Shown: positions 25,986 through 40,140, counted from the first letter of the stretch. The stretch: DNA of 64,000 nt from Pavona decussata (GCA_977016875.1 CDRNST010000008.1:4030001-4094000), one strand, 5' to 3'. The notes: generated by a model not told the origin, from the letters alone. Translations and numbers: made by a program.

Positions 25986-26984
25986 AGCTTGTCTCGTTGT
26001 ATTAGAAATTCTGTAAAAGCCTTCAAATGGGGAATACAGTAAATATTTAGTCCAGTCTTCACACTTGTTGCACTGATCAAGGCTGAACGTAGGCTCGAAA
26101 ATCATTATTGATGTCCAAAACTAAAATTTCTTATCAATTACTAAAGAGCTATTTGCTTTCCATTTTTAATTTCTTACTCCTTTCTCCATTGTCTTGTGGC
26201 AAATGCCGTTTGTCGAAGAGTATTTTCCATTTTGGCACATTCAGATTACCTGATCATCACCTGATCAGCTGTTGTTTTGAAGTTGAATTAGTAACAGGTG
26301 ACCTCACACCCACAGCATGCAGCACTATGCAGAAAGTGACTTCTGTTTCCGTCACCAGTATGCTCTGTTCCACATTGAACTAGTCACTTGGTATCAGTTT
26401 CATCCCTTGTCTTTTTTCTCTCTCTCTCAGCACGCTTTTTAGAGAGAGATGATTGTTTCCCCACAGACCACCATAGCCAGCTTGGGGTTAATCTTTAAAC
26501 AGACGCATAATAAGATCCCATAATGCTTTGTTAGATCACCTTCCTGCATTAAAATCAACAAAATCGGTTTGCACCGCAATTTTCCAAGGAATTTAGCCGG
26601 AATTTACCTCAAATTTGACTCCTGCGCCCTGTGTTTATACATGTTCAGAACTTTATTTGTCATGGTGCATTTCTTGGTATCTCTCATAGTAATGTGTTGT
26701 ATCTCTCTGTAGCTCTTTGGGAAGACAACCGTTATGGATGTTGTTGTCATTTTTTCTTTTCTTCAAAGCCTTGCTTAGATCTTGAATTACGAAGCTGCCG
26801 CGATCTGCATCCAATTTCAACTGGTGAACGTCTTTTCTGCAATAGACACCACAGTGAGATATTTTGAAGGTTACGTTTTGTTTCCAGGCCTCGTTTTCAG
26901 TGACTGGTGCAACCCTCATCTCATTTAGTCCTTTAGGGATAGCATTGTAATCATGTTGACGCTGAGTGTTTGAAACATGGTCAT

Positions 26985-27410
26985 TAGAACAACAACGACA
27001 ATAACAACTTTATTATATTATAAACAAGCAAATTAATACAAAATACTTCCACTCAAACATAGTTAAGTTATCAAGTCCGGGAAGAAGAAAAAAAATGAAA
27101 TTACAAATATACTAGTTAAAATTGTAACTTAATTACAACACTAGCTGTAATTAGTAAGGTAATTCTATTATTAAGGATTTGATCAAGGTGGTTTATAAGT
27201 TCTTGAGGATGGAGAGAGGAAAGGCAATAATTGTATCAGTTGAAGAAGGCGGTTTTCGTGGTTAAACTGAGTGCTTATTTTATGCCAATGGTGTCTGTAT
27301 TCAGGAACAACGTTTGTTGGTCATCTGGAAGCTAAGTCAAGATTCTGGAGTCCTCCTGGTGGTGTCCTGTTAGCAGTAGTCCTTGCTTCTTTAAAAGAGG
27401 GTTGTAAATC
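26985..27410 (-). mobile_element. LINE 3' end with (GTT)n-like tail
   Basis: AAC-repeat tail followed by CTTTATT, and an L2-like C-terminal coding remnant. Confidence 0.5.
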
Positions 27411-27439
27411 AATTAATTAATTAATTTACATTATTCTAA

Positions 27440-27955
27440 TAAGCGAGCGAAAATTAAAGTTAATAGCCGACGTTTTGGTGTCATCGTGACACCATTCTCA
27501 AGGCAAAGTGGATAAATTAATGCGAAGATTTGATTTCCATACTTTACAGTCTCTACAAATAAGCATATTAACGAAGGGTCACAAGTTCTTCAGGTGAATA
27601 CCTTTGCGCGAATCGAGTCTGTTTGCACGTTTAGGGATGGTTTAAGTTTTCTTATGAAAAGCATCTCCTTAATTAGGCAATCAAATTTCTTAGAACATTT
27701 AGCTAGCACGTGAAATTGTTCTGAAAGACAACAAGGCACGTTCGAGTTATGTTTGCTCAAGTACTGTTTACAAATAGACGACGATTTTTGTTTGTGTCAT
27801 CAGCGCGTTCGTGGAGGTGGCCGCGAGTGTAACCAACATATCCTGCATCGCACAGGTTACATTGAAATTTATAAACTAGACATTGTTGGTTAACAGTGGC
27901 AGGCTTGACTTCTCGAACTTTGAGGTCTTCGTTGAGTTTTCTGCTAATGAACACA
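27440..27955 (-). mobile_element. Penelope-like element 3' end (GIY-YIG endonuclease)
   Basis: VNQQCLVYKFQCNLCDAGYVGYTRGHLHER...CLIKEMLFIRKLKPSLNVQTDSIRAKVFT*. Confidence 0.88.
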
Positions 27956-28117
27956 CACATTAATAATAATAATTAACACATTAATAATAATGATAATTAT
28001 GATAATAATGTGTATTTCATTTAACAAAGTCCCAGTGATTTTGACAAGAAATAAAATAGGCAATGGTAAGATAATTCTTGAGTGAAATTTGTGATCCTCA
28101 CAGTATCACTAACAATT

Positions 28118-29130
28118 TTAGCCTTTGATAAAGTAAAAAGTTTTCCTTCCTACCTGTACTTTCTTTGTTTGCAGAACATTTCCTATTGGTTGGCTGAGTA
28201 GCGTCAGCCATCTTTTGATGTGTTTGGAAAAGTGCCGTGTTATTAAACGTTGCGCCATGGGTGTTTCATTTGTATTCCCTCTCAGCAGCATGCTTTTCTT
28301 GTACTTACCTCTTGCGGTGCTGTACATCCAATTTTCGGCAAAAAATGTCACATTTCGAGTATTTATACTACTTTTTGTTGCCATGTGCAGGTTGCCCACA
28401 TGAGTGAGCGTTTTTCCACAGGTTTCACACTCCAACTGCAATCTTTTATTATGAGAGTTCTTCTCCTTATTCTGCTGGCAAAATTAAAATAAACCTTGTA
28501 AGCGTCTCAAAAAAAGAAAAAATAAGAGTACTTAATTTCATCCCTTACCGTCTCAGCCCCTTTAACCCTTCCTCCTTCTGTCATACTTCAAAGTTCAAGG
28601 TTCTGAATTCATTTCTTGGAAACATCAATTGAAATTTATCAGCAAAAATATCAGCAAAAGAGCGATATTGGTGGCGTGAATCTAGGGAGTAGAAGATGAG
28701 TTGCCGAAGCATTGGAAAGCACAAAATTTGCGAGCCATTATTTTTTAGAAACAAACAGTTGAGGCTCCAAATACAAACTAAGGAACTTACCGACTCACAA
28801 TCAGTGGACATTATCAACTCATCCAAAATATCTTCCATAAAGTCCCGAGTACCGCCAGCTTACTCCTGTGAATAATAAAAACGAAAATTCGTAAAGCTAT
28901 GATCACTACAAACTTGTGATAGACTTCAAAAGGTTATTTCTTGTACACAAGTACATACCATTTCAATGGCCATAAGCTCTAAAGCCATTTCATCCGTCCT
29001 GTTTTGATCTGCAGGAAACTAAACAGGAAAAGAGATGAGATCAAGGAATCATAAACTGACGCGTCAATGACAGTGAAGTAATTAAACTTACCTTAATGTC
29101 AATCTCTTGCCAACTGAAATCATTTAAACA
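28118..29130 (-). pseudogene. Unidentified spliced gene remnant with short exons and a CxxC motif
   Basis: Minus-strand AG/GT-bounded short segments near 29090, 28960-29010 and 28790-28865, plus CETCGK at ~28420. Confidence 0.3.
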
Positions 29131-29169
29131 AGATTAGACATCTGGAAAGAGTTTCTTAGGAATTTTGAT

Positions 29170-30980
29170 GGAGCCAGTTAAAGTTACCCATTCCTCAACA
29201 ATGGTACAGCCATGCAGAGCAGCTTTGATAGTGGGCATGTTCTATCCAAACTCAAGGAAATCACAGAGGTGTTTGTCGTGGTACGTAACAAGGCAATGCT
29301 GCTACTCCGAAATGTTGACTTTGGAGGGTACAGGAGAGTTGTTAGTTGCGAGATGAGGGAGGACTTCACGGGCAACCGAGGTGAAGTTGAAGAGCTAAGA
29401 AGCTGCCCGGGTAGGTTGACGATGAACGAGGAAGGACATAAAAGGCAGTCGGAGGCTTGAGACAAGGGTGGGGTAGTCGAGGGACAGGATAGTTGATCTC
29501 GAGTGGTCTGATCTGGACGGCGGGTAGGCACGGGAAACTTGCACTTAGCGCAACTTAAGGCTTTGTGTTGTGCGCGCCTACAAACCACGCAGATATGCTG
29601 CTTTGGGCAATCAGCGACAGAACAGTCATCGTACCAGCTCCAAGCATCGAAGATTTGATGCCGAGCGATGGAAGTGGATAAAGAGGATGGCAGAAGAGGC
29701 GCCTTGCTGGTAGGTTTGGACACCTTTGTTGTGCCCTCCATAAGGAGAGTAGTGGGGGTGAAAAATGCTGGTTTGAAATGAACAATCCTGTCCCCCCACC
29801 AAACAAGGCCCAACTCTATGGACCGTAAGACTTTATAATGAAATGATCAAACTGACTTTATAATGAAATGACTTTATAATGACTTTATAATGAAATGATC
29901 AAACTGCTGACCACTGGTATGTGGACGCAAGAACCATGAGTCGGTGAAAGTGACGAATGTAATCTGCTATTTGTACAGGTTCATCCGCTTGTTGAATTAT
30001 CACAAGGTAACCAGCGGAAAATTCGGGCCATGTTAAATCATTATAAAGTTTCGGCTCATCTGGCGCATATATGTTGGGCCATGGCTGTGGAAAAAGAGTT
30101 TTCTGTGACGCTTTGAGGTCACCCAATGATTTCCCTGCTAATGCAGACTCTGTACTCAGTGCCAATGAATGGCCAACCAGGTTAGCTAGCTGTAGTTGTA
30201 GCTCCAGTTTCGGATCTATAGCTCTGGGTGTTCTTGAGGATTTGTAAGCGAGTGAGTTCGTTGCAGGGAAAAGAAGCTTTGCTGGGCGGTGTATTTGCAA
30301 AGGCCAGGCCTGCGGAAACATCTGGTGTAGCTAACAGAGGCAAGTCACTAGCTGTAGGATTTTTAGGGATAGCGCCTGGCGTGGATTTCTTGTCCTTTAT
30401 ACGGTCTTTGTGATCGCTGGACATCGGTAGCGACTCGCAAGAGGCAGTGGTAAACTTAGTTTGGTCACCTACTGAAGGCAGTATTTCCCAATCAAAGTCA
30501 GTGCTGAGATGGCTTCGACTGTTTTGCGTGGAACCTAGCCTTTGAACAAATGAAAGGCCCAAAATAATATCTGTAGGTGGTGAGATAGCCATGGAAGAGG
30601 CCAAGCCAAAGAAAGAACCCTAGACAAACCGTAAAATCGACTACACACACGTGCAAGCAGACTACAAGAAATCGACCAAACTGAAATCCAAGAAAAAAGA
30701 AAACAAATTGAATCAAAACAAAAAGCTTTGAACTTGCAAAAACAAATGGGCTAGGAGAACTACTAACGAGGGTAAAAATGATGAAACTCACCTCAAATAA
30801 AAAAACATGTCTTCAACCACCATCAAGATGAAATGAAGTGAAACCCACGTGGACGCCTGGTCACATAGCCAACTTAAGTCTCCTAGAGGGTATCAGCTGA
30901 AATGTGAATACATGCCACCCCAAGTCTCAGGCCCCCAGGGAACTGAAAGCTACTCACTTGGAAGAAGAGGCATAAAAATC
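29170..30980 (-). mobile_element. Ngaro/DIRS-type tyrosine-recombinase retrotransposon, 5' part (terminal repeat, gag, RT start)
   Basis: gag motif PKLYNDLTWPEFSAGY...HFHRLMVLASTYQWSAV, and a CCCH-like finger W...DCSVADCPKQHICVVC in an overlapping frame. Confidence 0.75.
29829..29906. repeat. Short slippage repeat (GACTTTATAATGAAATGATCAAACT and partial copies) disrupting the gag
   Basis: Four GACTTTATAAT units are directly visible. Confidence 0.85.
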
Positions 30981-31229
30981 CTATTTGCAAGCAAATATTT
31001 TCTTTATTAACATTTTTGTCATACTGTTTGAAATTTCAATAGCATACCTGCACGGTGTTAGTGTGGGTAGACAAATATTAATGCCTTTCTACAAACAACT
31101 GAGTGTTCCTGACATTCACTATACAAGATACAATTTTCATTTGAACAGTACATTTCAAAAATTATTTTGTTCTGAATTTCAGTTTACCCTTCGATAATAT
31201 CGCTATTCAAAGATCTTCGCAAATAGGTC

Positions 31230-32815
31230 TGCATAAAGTGGTACCATTGCGCACTTTTAGTTGTGGTCACAGTGTCGATGTTTCTGTGCAGATATTCAAG
31301 CAGTCATTTTGTTTGAAACTTCTCCAGTGGGATTCCTCTGGCTCTGGCCTCATCTCTGTTATGCATATGTCTTCGAATTTCCGGACGTGAGATGTCGGCC
31401 TTGATTGCTGCTCTCAGACAGCTTATTGCCTGTTCCATGATGTTAGTGTAACAGACTGCGGCGGTTGAGCGAGTAGGAATGATAAGGATTCAAGGACTCT
31501 CCAGGCAATTTATTAACAGATCATCAGCAATACAGCAAGCAAATAAACTAAAGTAAAATAATCGGGAACGACTAACAGATTACATCTTGCTAGAAGAAAG
31601 TTATTTTGACTTTGTTTACCCCTCTTCAATCTCTTCAGTAGGATTCCCAAAACTCAACTGAAATACAGCTAAGGCCTACCCATATTTATACGGAAGTGAT
31701 TTAGCACGGTACAATAGAAATGTGGTGCCAAACCAAAAGAAACCATTTCCTCTGTAGTAAAACATGGCGGCAAGGATATCCTTTACTTAATTATCTTATC
31801 TAGGCCAATAAGTTTACTCCTACTTAATTAAAATGATTTGCCGGAAAGTAACCACGAAAACCTAGTTCCTGCAAACAGATTTTAGCAATAGTATGGTTCA
31901 TGCACACCCAACATTCCTAGGCAGTGCATAAGCTTTACGTTTACCGAACTTAAAGCAGAAAATTCCTGAATGCGAAAATAAAATAATAGAATTTGAGAGT
32001 CTCAGAAATATTAAAAATAATGAAAATACGTGTCTAGTGACCCTGTCACATTAGGAAAGGACTGTAATGGGGAAGCATTTTAAGCTCTGTGTTTAGGGCT
32101 GGAATGGCCGGGTTTCGGTAGGCCAGCACTCCATCAAACACAGAGATCACAGACTTGTAGGGATCCAGATTTGTCTTTGCATCTGCCAGGAAGTTATTGA
32201 AACGTGCAACATTCATTCTGCCAACAGCTCCTGAGGAAAACATAAGTCCATTGATAGGCGTTATCGCCATGGTCATAGTAGTTTTGTCCTCACTGGCTGC
32301 ACACTTAGCGGTATGTCCTCTCTCCCTGCTGCTGTACGATGACTGGCAGTCCAAATGTTATAGCTGTATTCGTTGACAAACACACAGTGGTGCACTACGG
32401 CATTTTTCATTAACCAGGTGGTGCAATCGACTTGCTTGTTCAGCACATCAGGTCTGTTTCTGTCAGCAGGGTGGGACACCATCCCATCTAATGTCCTTAC
32501 TATGGTGTGGTCATGGATCTCGGGTTTGACTGGTAGCCGTCTGCTCAGTTAATGGTTTATCTGAGCAAGTGTGAGTAGACAGATTTCATTGATGGTTTGC
32601 TCAAGCCAATCCCATTATCCATGCGCACGTTGTTTCTACCACCTCGTAGTCTCTCCTGGACCCTGCTTTCTCTGATGTAGCACACTACAATGACTTTTGC
32701 TGTTGATTCATTCACTCCAAGCGTTTCTGCGACTAAAAGGTAGTCTTCCTCCCTGTCCTCGAATGCTCTAATGATTCTCTCTCTGTGTTCAAGTGGTATT
32801 CGGTTTCTTTGTGTG
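31230..32815 (-). mobile_element. IS630/Tc1-like transposase remnant
   Basis: HTH segment RERIIRAFED...VAETLGVNESTA, CVFVNE, VFDG, and LPHYSPFL joined across the solo LTR to IMEQAISCLRAAIK. Confidence 0.75.
31447..32050. mobile_element. Solo LTR (Gypsy-like), 604 bp
   Basis: TGTAACAG...CTGTCACA termini with a 4-bp TSD TTAG (31443-31446, 32051-32054). It interrupts the Tc1 YSPxxNxxE motif. Confidence 0.85.
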
Positions 32816-34232
32816 GTAATTTGTCAGAGGTCAGAAAACGCTCACGAAGTGAATGAACTGGACGAAATTTTCTGATGCTTTTAATCACCTGCTTTGGGCA
32901 GTTTATTTTTTAGTTCTTTTATATGGCTTGGTATTTCTGCCTGAGTTCTGAATCCACCGGTAAAATGTAATATTGCACACCGTGGTCTATCAGCTGTTCT
33001 GGTACAAAGCGCTGGTGCAATTCCTAAATCAAACCTTACTCTCAACTCTTGCCATTACTTAAGAAGCCGCCATTTTGTTTGTTTGTGTCGCGGTTAGTGG
33101 TTCTTACAGCCCAGGCTATCTCAGTTTGAAATCAGGCAATGCATGCTGTAAAGGTGCTAATCATAGAGGTCTAACTTTGGTTTCACTTACATTTCATTAC
33201 AATACTCATGAGAAGATGATGTCATACTCTATGCCAACTGAGATGCTGTCTTGACCAAACAAAAACCGGATATCTGTGTAAGGTGTCTGAGAGAAAAAAA
33301 GACAAGAAATTCTTATTGAATTTGAAAGTGCCCACTGTAGCCTCCCCTGAAAACCATTTCACTGGACAGGCACTCCACTCACATCAATCTCCAAACAACA
33401 CTGAAATTCATTTGGGTTTTGAGGGTATTCAGAATTACATCTACCACATTTGAACCTACACATGAAAAAATGAGAAGGCTAACCACATAGCAATCGGTAA
33501 CGAATCAAGGTAAACACAGCGCGAAGAAGTCACTCCGATTCTATGTTTTGTTGCGTGTTTGTTACCGAGATACCGGGTCGACATCACAACTCCACTAGTG
33601 CCAGTCCTCTTCTGGCGCGGTTTTAACTTCGATAATTGTGATTTCGATCGCGTTTTAAAAGTCTGGAATAACTTCAAATTTCATGATTTTGACTTTTTTT
33701 GGCTTCCTTTCTACGTCTACTTTTGAGAATGAAAGGAATTGTGAAGGGGTGATAGACACTTTAAACTCCACACCACCCAGCATATACAACAATCTTGGTG
33801 CAGAGACGAATTTTGCAAAAAATGCGGTCTATGTGCCTATTGGCTGTGTTATGTTTGTAAGGGATTGTGGTATAATATACAGCCGCTATTTCTTTCGGTA
33901 TGGTGGACTGTAGCAGAAGCTCTAAATGTCATTAAATTAAACGAAGGATTCCTTCTTAGGGCCATTTTCTTCATTTGTTGCTTGATTTGTTTGACTGGTT
34001 GTAAAAGCTTGCTTTACTGTTTAGCACTGAAATTGCATGCATAATTTTTAACTTTAATTTTTTTTATTAAGTTGGATGCAGCCCACGTAAACATTTCAAG
34101 CATGTATCAGCATCAAGTTGTTCAAAAGCGTTAGTGCAGACCCAGGGTTACATTATTTTCAACAATCATTTTTACAAAAATTTCACTGGGTTAGTTCAAG
34201 CTTTTCAACTACCATGACTCTAACCATGACAA

Positions 34233-34510
34233 TTAGAGTGGTTTTCGATTGAGTATCGAAAGTAATTGCGTGTTTGGTTCGCTCTCTTATTGGCCAGTAA
34301 AACTCTTGCTACTTTGACAACCAATAAAAAGCAAAACCGTAACAAAAATCGATCATGTCTTGTACGTGCACATTTTCCTGTGATTTACACCTGTAAGGTG
34401 TTACATATAAATAATTCCTGATTGACTGTTTGCAATGTTTTGGTCTGTTGTGATTGGTATGAGTAATTGCTTTCATTTTGGCTTTACAACATTCCATTGA
34501 AAACTGCTAT
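34233..34510. mobile_element. MITE-like short interspersed repeat
   Basis: TAGAGTGGTTTTCGATTGAGT...CATTGAAAACTGCTAT imperfect inverted ends. A related partial copy lies at ~60040-60230. Confidence 0.55.
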
Positions 34511-34549
34511 TTGTAGCATTTTTCATTTACTGAAGAGCTAATGCTTGTA

Positions 34550-34880
34550 CATTCAATGGTGCTTGACGAGAGGAGTTGGGGCCAGTCCACCTTTACATGG
34601 TCATCCTGGCACTCCTCTCAGTCTGTCTTCAGGCTACCTTCCTATCTAGGCTAGCAATGAGGTCATTGAGTTCCCTGCTCCTCCAAGGAATGGGTCTGAT
34701 TCAGAGAACTCTCACTCTGGCTTGTTCCACATCAGAGTTGTCGCTGTCCCTGCCATTTTCATTGTCTGATTCAGATTTGTACTCGTTAGTCATGAGTGGC
34801 ATTTATCTGGTCTTGTCCTCCTCAGAAATTGCTGTGGAGTGCCTCAGCACCTTGGCTCGTTTTAACCCTTTCTTCTGAGG
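34550..34880 (-). pseudogene. C14orf93-like C-terminal exon remnant (commonly TE-associated)
   Basis: Reads MTNEYKSESD...IRPIPWRSRELNDLIASLDRK with several stops. Confidence 0.5.
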
Positions 34881-35762
34881 GGACAATAAAATGGATGCCA
34901 TATTAGAATTGAAGCTAACTACTTTTACTCTGTTTGTCATACATAATGTACCTAATGCCCACAATCATAAAAAAATTATCATATTGAAAGTAGAGATTAA
35001 ACTGCAGGCTTCTTCCTACTCAAATGACATTTGCATAATGATTTCTTCTATGTTGGATAGAAAGATTCAGTTTCAAATGTTTTATAACAATCACAGCACT
35101 ACTAATTGTTACTGTCTGATACCCTGTCAAACAAGAAGATAATGGAAACAAAATATCTAACTTTCTTGCAAGGGGTGCTTTTCACAATATTTTAGTATCA
35201 CTTCAAAAAAGGGTTAAGTACAGTCAAGGTCAATGAAAAACCAAAAACAATGGTCTAATGTTACTACACTGAAACTAATACCTCTGAAGTCTGTTGTTAC
35301 AGATGGCAGAGGGGGCCAACTGGCAGTTTTGGAGATTGACTCAAAATAGGTTTGATAAAAGTTAATCTCCAATTTGCAAAAAAAAAAAAAAAACAGCTGC
35401 TTGATATTCCCGATAATCTATGCTAGATTACTCACTTAATTTTGATACATTACTGCACAAGAGAAAGTACAAGTAGACCTCTAACAAAACTAAAACAAAC
35501 CCCTTGTGTTAGTATAGTGCCTTGTTACAGGTTTGAACTTCTTTTGTAACACTTAAACTGCATTGTATCATTATTTTTTGCTTGCTGTGACCATCACATT
35601 TTTTTAAGCTAATGCCATACATGTATTTAAATGAATCTTTTCTCTGTAGTACCTTACGTAAAAATTTTGCATTCGAAGGTGCATCACTGAGACACATGTA
35701 CATGTATACACATACCTGTTCAACTCATATTCATCATTAGATAACTACAACTCACCGTGTTT

Positions 35763-37148
35763 TTAATAAAAGCTGGCAAACTGTTCCATGCCCGTACCTC
35801 CTGAACTAAAAAAGTTCTGCCACTTTCTGTTGCCCTATTATAGCGTAATGTCTTGCATTAACTCATCATTACACATCCCGATGCGAAGCTGTGACAAGAT
35901 ATTGCTTACAATGTGTTGCCTAAACAAATTGTTACATTGTTAAAATTATCCTCGCCTTGTTACACGATAACAACTTTTAACACTATGCTTACACTAAGCA
36001 CCTACTATTTACCATATTAAAACTGTATGTCCTGCATTTTAACTCGCTTACAAGCAACAAAATTTAAGTTTTGTGTTGTTTGGATTTGGATTTCTTATAA
36101 TTATTATCATTATTTTAATTATTGTTATTTAATAATAATGATGATGATGATAATTATTATTATTTTTTTTTTGTCATTTCTGTTAAAACCAATGGCAAAC
36201 TTGCACGGACAAACTTGCTTAAAAATGGACGAGTACTCTGTTTATTGTACTGACAATCAGAGAAAGGACTTACGCAATTTGGCAACCCCCATTCTCTATG
36301 ATCACGAGGCTACATGGTTTTCCCTCTGCTTGATATTGCGTCTCTCTCTGGGCCACCTCTTCCACTGCTACCGCCTCGCCTTTGTATTCTACGACAACTT
36401 CACCTCTAGAAATGTCGCAACTGGCAAAGGCACATACCCCTGCCCCTCTGGGGTCACTTGGGACCCTATGAATATGCAAAATGCAAGGATGGAGAAACTT
36501 TTATTCGAATGCATCAACAACAAGACTTTACTACCCCGTTTAAAAAGTTATTCATACATTTAGTTGATTTTGAAATGTTAAGGGCTGGTGACATTACAGC
36601 AGATGCAGGAGCAACAACTCAGTCGCTCCTGAGAGGCATGAATACTCACCTCTATGGGAGGAACTGGTGGAGGGTTCATTTCCATATAGTTTGTGAGTGA
36701 CTGCATCATTAATAGCCCGCCAAACTCATATCCTGGTGGGCAGCGGTGAGGGCATTTCAATTGTATTCCGCTGTAGTCCCTCTGGCCGTTTTTGATGCCT
36801 GGCTGCACACTCCATTCATCTTTTTGGCCGTGGTGCAAGATGTTTTTCTTATATTGCTGTTGACAAAGTAAGAAATGTAGGAATAAAGTGGCTGTTTTGG
36901 CAATTCTTTGAAGAAACATTTCGCTTATGCAAGGTATAATGCGTTTGTAGTGGCATAACTACTGCTATGTAAGTACTGATGACAGCATATATACTTACCT
37001 TAAAAACTTAGTCTGCCTGTTGATACTATCTCCATCGGTCCAGAGTGAAACAACTCAGCCTCATAGAGCTCTGATGTTGCTACAAACCCACCAACATCCT
37101 CCTTGATACATTCTGGAAGGAATTTCTCTAGTAGGGGAGATTTTGCCG
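35763..37148 (-). repeat. Diverged duplicate C, copy 1: LINE tail plus SET-domain-bearing gene remnant
   Basis: Co-linear with 44133-45436. Contains DPRGAGVCAFASCDISRGEVVVEYKGE...AQRETQY (SET N-terminal half, KMT5A-like). Confidence 0.75.
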
Positions 37149-37805
37149 AAATAACGCCAACGTTGATTCTGTTTCATTGCGTTTTGTTTTTTCAACAGGT
37201 CCTGATAGGAGCCATCCAAGCTTGCTGGCCATGGCAATTAATGCTATGTTTTTTGCTTTGACTTTTTTTCCAGTGATTAGTTGACCGTAATAGTCATTTC
37301 CAATGAGGATATCGATGTTAAGATGTTCTGATGTATGTGTTAAATTGACTAGGGGTAAGTCCCTTGATTTCATCAAAACTGATAGTGGAGGGCAAATGAT
37401 GGTGGTCAGAAGGGCTTTTTTGTTGATATTGCCGTTCTGCTTTCAGCTGGAATGAGACTATGTCGTACGTTTGTCTTGTTCTTTGAATTACGCTGAATGT
37501 GGTGACTTCTAGAAGTTATTTTCCTATATTCTTGAGGTTAAATTTGTTCTTTACATCTTGAGTAATAAAAGTTTTTTGTGATCCAGTATCCAGTAGAATG
37601 TGAGCTTGACATTGTTGTTTGTTTCCATTTATGTGTGCGATGGCAGTTTGCATCAGGATTTGAGTTTTAGGATGGGCGGCAAGTGTTGTTCCAATGTGGG
37701 TTTTGTCCCTCGCTGTTGTATTTGTAGTGGGTAATTGTTCATTTTTGTAATCTTTGCTTTCTTGGACTTGATTAGATGTGTTTCGGGAGAGGGCTGAAGT
37801 CAATG
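37149..37805 (-). mobile_element. BEL/Pao aspartic protease fragment
   Basis: ILMQTA...ILLDTGSQKTFIT and IDILIGNDYY...SKLGWLLSGP. Confidence 0.85.
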
Positions 37806-38569
37806 TTACAATATGTTGCTATGTGAGCATTTGTGTTTGTGACTGCCACGATGTTTTCTTGTCCTTTCCTTCTTCCGTTTGTGTGCCAGGTTCATTGCTG
37901 TCAGTTTTTCCTTGTAAGTAGTCAAAACAATTATTGTTTTCTGTTCGTCTACTGACACAGAAACAAGCGTGTCAATAGAAATGAGATAGATGTCAAATCT
38001 TGCATTAATGTGCCTGAAGTCTTCAAACACTGTATAACGACAGACAAAAATTTCTTCTCCGCCATCAACGACGTTGAGCCCTTCACTGATTGACTAGTAG
38101 GGTGTTGTTCCTAAAAACATTAGGATGACGATTGCAAATATGAAATTGGTTTCTGTCTTGTAGGAATAGGAATAACTTTTCCCATCGTGAAAACAACACA
38201 TTTTAATAAGTGCACGTCGCAGAATGAAGCATTTCTTTAAAAGTTTGATTGCCTTTCTATAATTTTCTTTGGTTAGCAGTAGCCCTGAGATAACACGTAT
38301 ATTACAGTTGCATATATTGTGATGTAAGTAATTAGTTAAATTACAATTTCTAAGAATACAGCGTATACAACTGTCTATGTAGCCTGATGTGACTGAGTAA
38401 TGAGCTGGCTAAAAAACTTTTCGTGAACTATTTTTGATTCATCGCACCAATTACGCACCAATTACGTAGAGAAACCGAAAACAGGCAGTTAGTGAGCATG
38501 CTTAACCTTGATATTTCGTAAAATGGCAAGAGAAAGCGGTGTTTGTTTGTGGAGTGCGAGAAAAGCATG

Positions 38570-39420
38570 ATTCTAAAAAGACAATTGTTACAAAACCACG
38601 ATCAATATTCAAAGCCCAGCTATCAGAAGCCTCAAGTAGTGCCGTAACCGTGGAGTGTAGAGAGGGGAAACCAGATTGATGACGTGTGAGGAGGCTATTC
38701 TTAGTTAGGTACTTAGACACTTGATTGCAAAAACGTTGACACTTAAAAAGCATAAACTGTGAACGATGAGACCCAATGGCTTTATGGGTATAAGTGTACT
38801 AAATTGATTTGCATAATATTGTATTCTCGTGCGACAGTTGATGACCAAAATTAGTTGCACGTGGTGAATGATGGAAACTGTCCAAGCTTACCTTAAAGTA
38901 TCCAAGTTGGCCAACAAGGGCCAATTTGAGTGATATATACAATTCGTGATTTGCATATGTTCAAATCAGTCAATGAACTTAAGCAATATTTGGTAGGAAA
39001 TTGTTCGAAAGAATTAAGTCAGCACTCTATTTTTTATTGCAAAGAGTGAGAATGGTAAATTTTTTATTATGGAAATGAGGTTATTGTTTAAACACTACCC
39101 ACAAATCCATTGGGTCTCATCGTTCTTGGTTTATGCTTTTTAGGTGTCAACGTTTTTGCAATCGAGTGTATATCTGGTCGTAAACTATGCGTTCAAAAGC
39201 TTTGGCCACCACTGGAATTACTGAAATTGGTTGGTTATTTGTGGATTCAGTACGCTTCCCGGAGTTTTTATACAGTGGGGTAACTCTAGCAGATTTCCAT
39301 TCATTGGCGACGATACTGGTTATCAAGGATTGACTGAATACTACGGTGAGAGATTCAGCGATTAAGTCAGGGCATTCCCTCAATAATTTCGCTGAAATAT
39401 TATCTAAACCAGTTGCCTTT
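38570..39420 (-). mobile_element. L2 RT fragment interrupted by a MITE
   Basis: KATGLDNISAKLL...EWKSARVTPLYK...PISVIPVVAKAFERIVYDQ, then HQSGF.SLHSTVTALL. Confidence 0.85.
38718..39168. mobile_element. Tc1/mariner-type MITE, 451 bp, ~65-bp TIRs
   Basis: CAC(T/C)GATTGCAAAAACGTTGACAC...GAGACCCAATGG is inverted at both ends. TA on the right, GA (mutated TA) on the left. Confidence 0.85.
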
Positions 39421-39645
39421 GAGTTGCCAGCAGCTTTAAAGCTCATTCTTTACCTCTGTAAGGTTATTTTCAGCAAAGTGATGTCTGTAAAATGTTTGGA
39501 ATTAGGGTGAAATGAAAAACTGCTAAATCATGTCCTGCAGATGTCATGATCCATTCACATGTTTACAGACATGATCCTTGAGGTCCTTACAGCCGTTTAC
39601 GGTAACTCATAAGGTAATTAGAAATCACTTTTTTTGTCAACAGGA
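39420..39645. repeat. Direct repeat D, copy 1 (copy 2 at 43301-43526)
   Basis: 226 bp, with 3 mismatches seen by eye. Confidence 0.95.
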
Positions 39646-39649
39646 AAAA

Positions 39650-40140
39650 TCAGACTTTATTGATGAGCTTGTGTTACACTTTGATATACCCTCATCTTAT
39701 TTACGGAAATATTGTATGGGCAAATAACTGCCAATCACGACTGGACAAAGTACTCAAAATTCAAAAAAAAGTGTTACGAATAATTACACTTTCTCCATAC
39801 ACAGCTTCTTCCAAACTGCTATTTCAAAACTTAAAAATACTCAATATTCATGAAATCAGCAACATGCAAATAATCCTTTTTATGTTTAATTGTAAGAGCA
39901 ATAAACTACCCGATCATTTTAGTGAGTTATTTGTTATGAATAATAAAGTGCATAAATATGATACACGGCAATGAAATAATATACGTAGGAAAACCTGCTG
40001 TCCCCACTTAATCAAAGAATTGTTAAAATGGCCACATGGTGTCTGCAAAGCTATCCATGGGTATAAAGTCCCTAGAGGAATAGCTGAGCTATTGCATGAA
40101 CGATCAACTAATTATAATCTTAGAGGAAAACACATCCTGC
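39650..40140 (+). mobile_element. L2 C-terminal fragments
   Basis: LIYPHLIYGNIVWAN...LKIQKKVLRII...LF.NLKILNI...HKYDTR and YNLRG. Confidence 0.75.
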
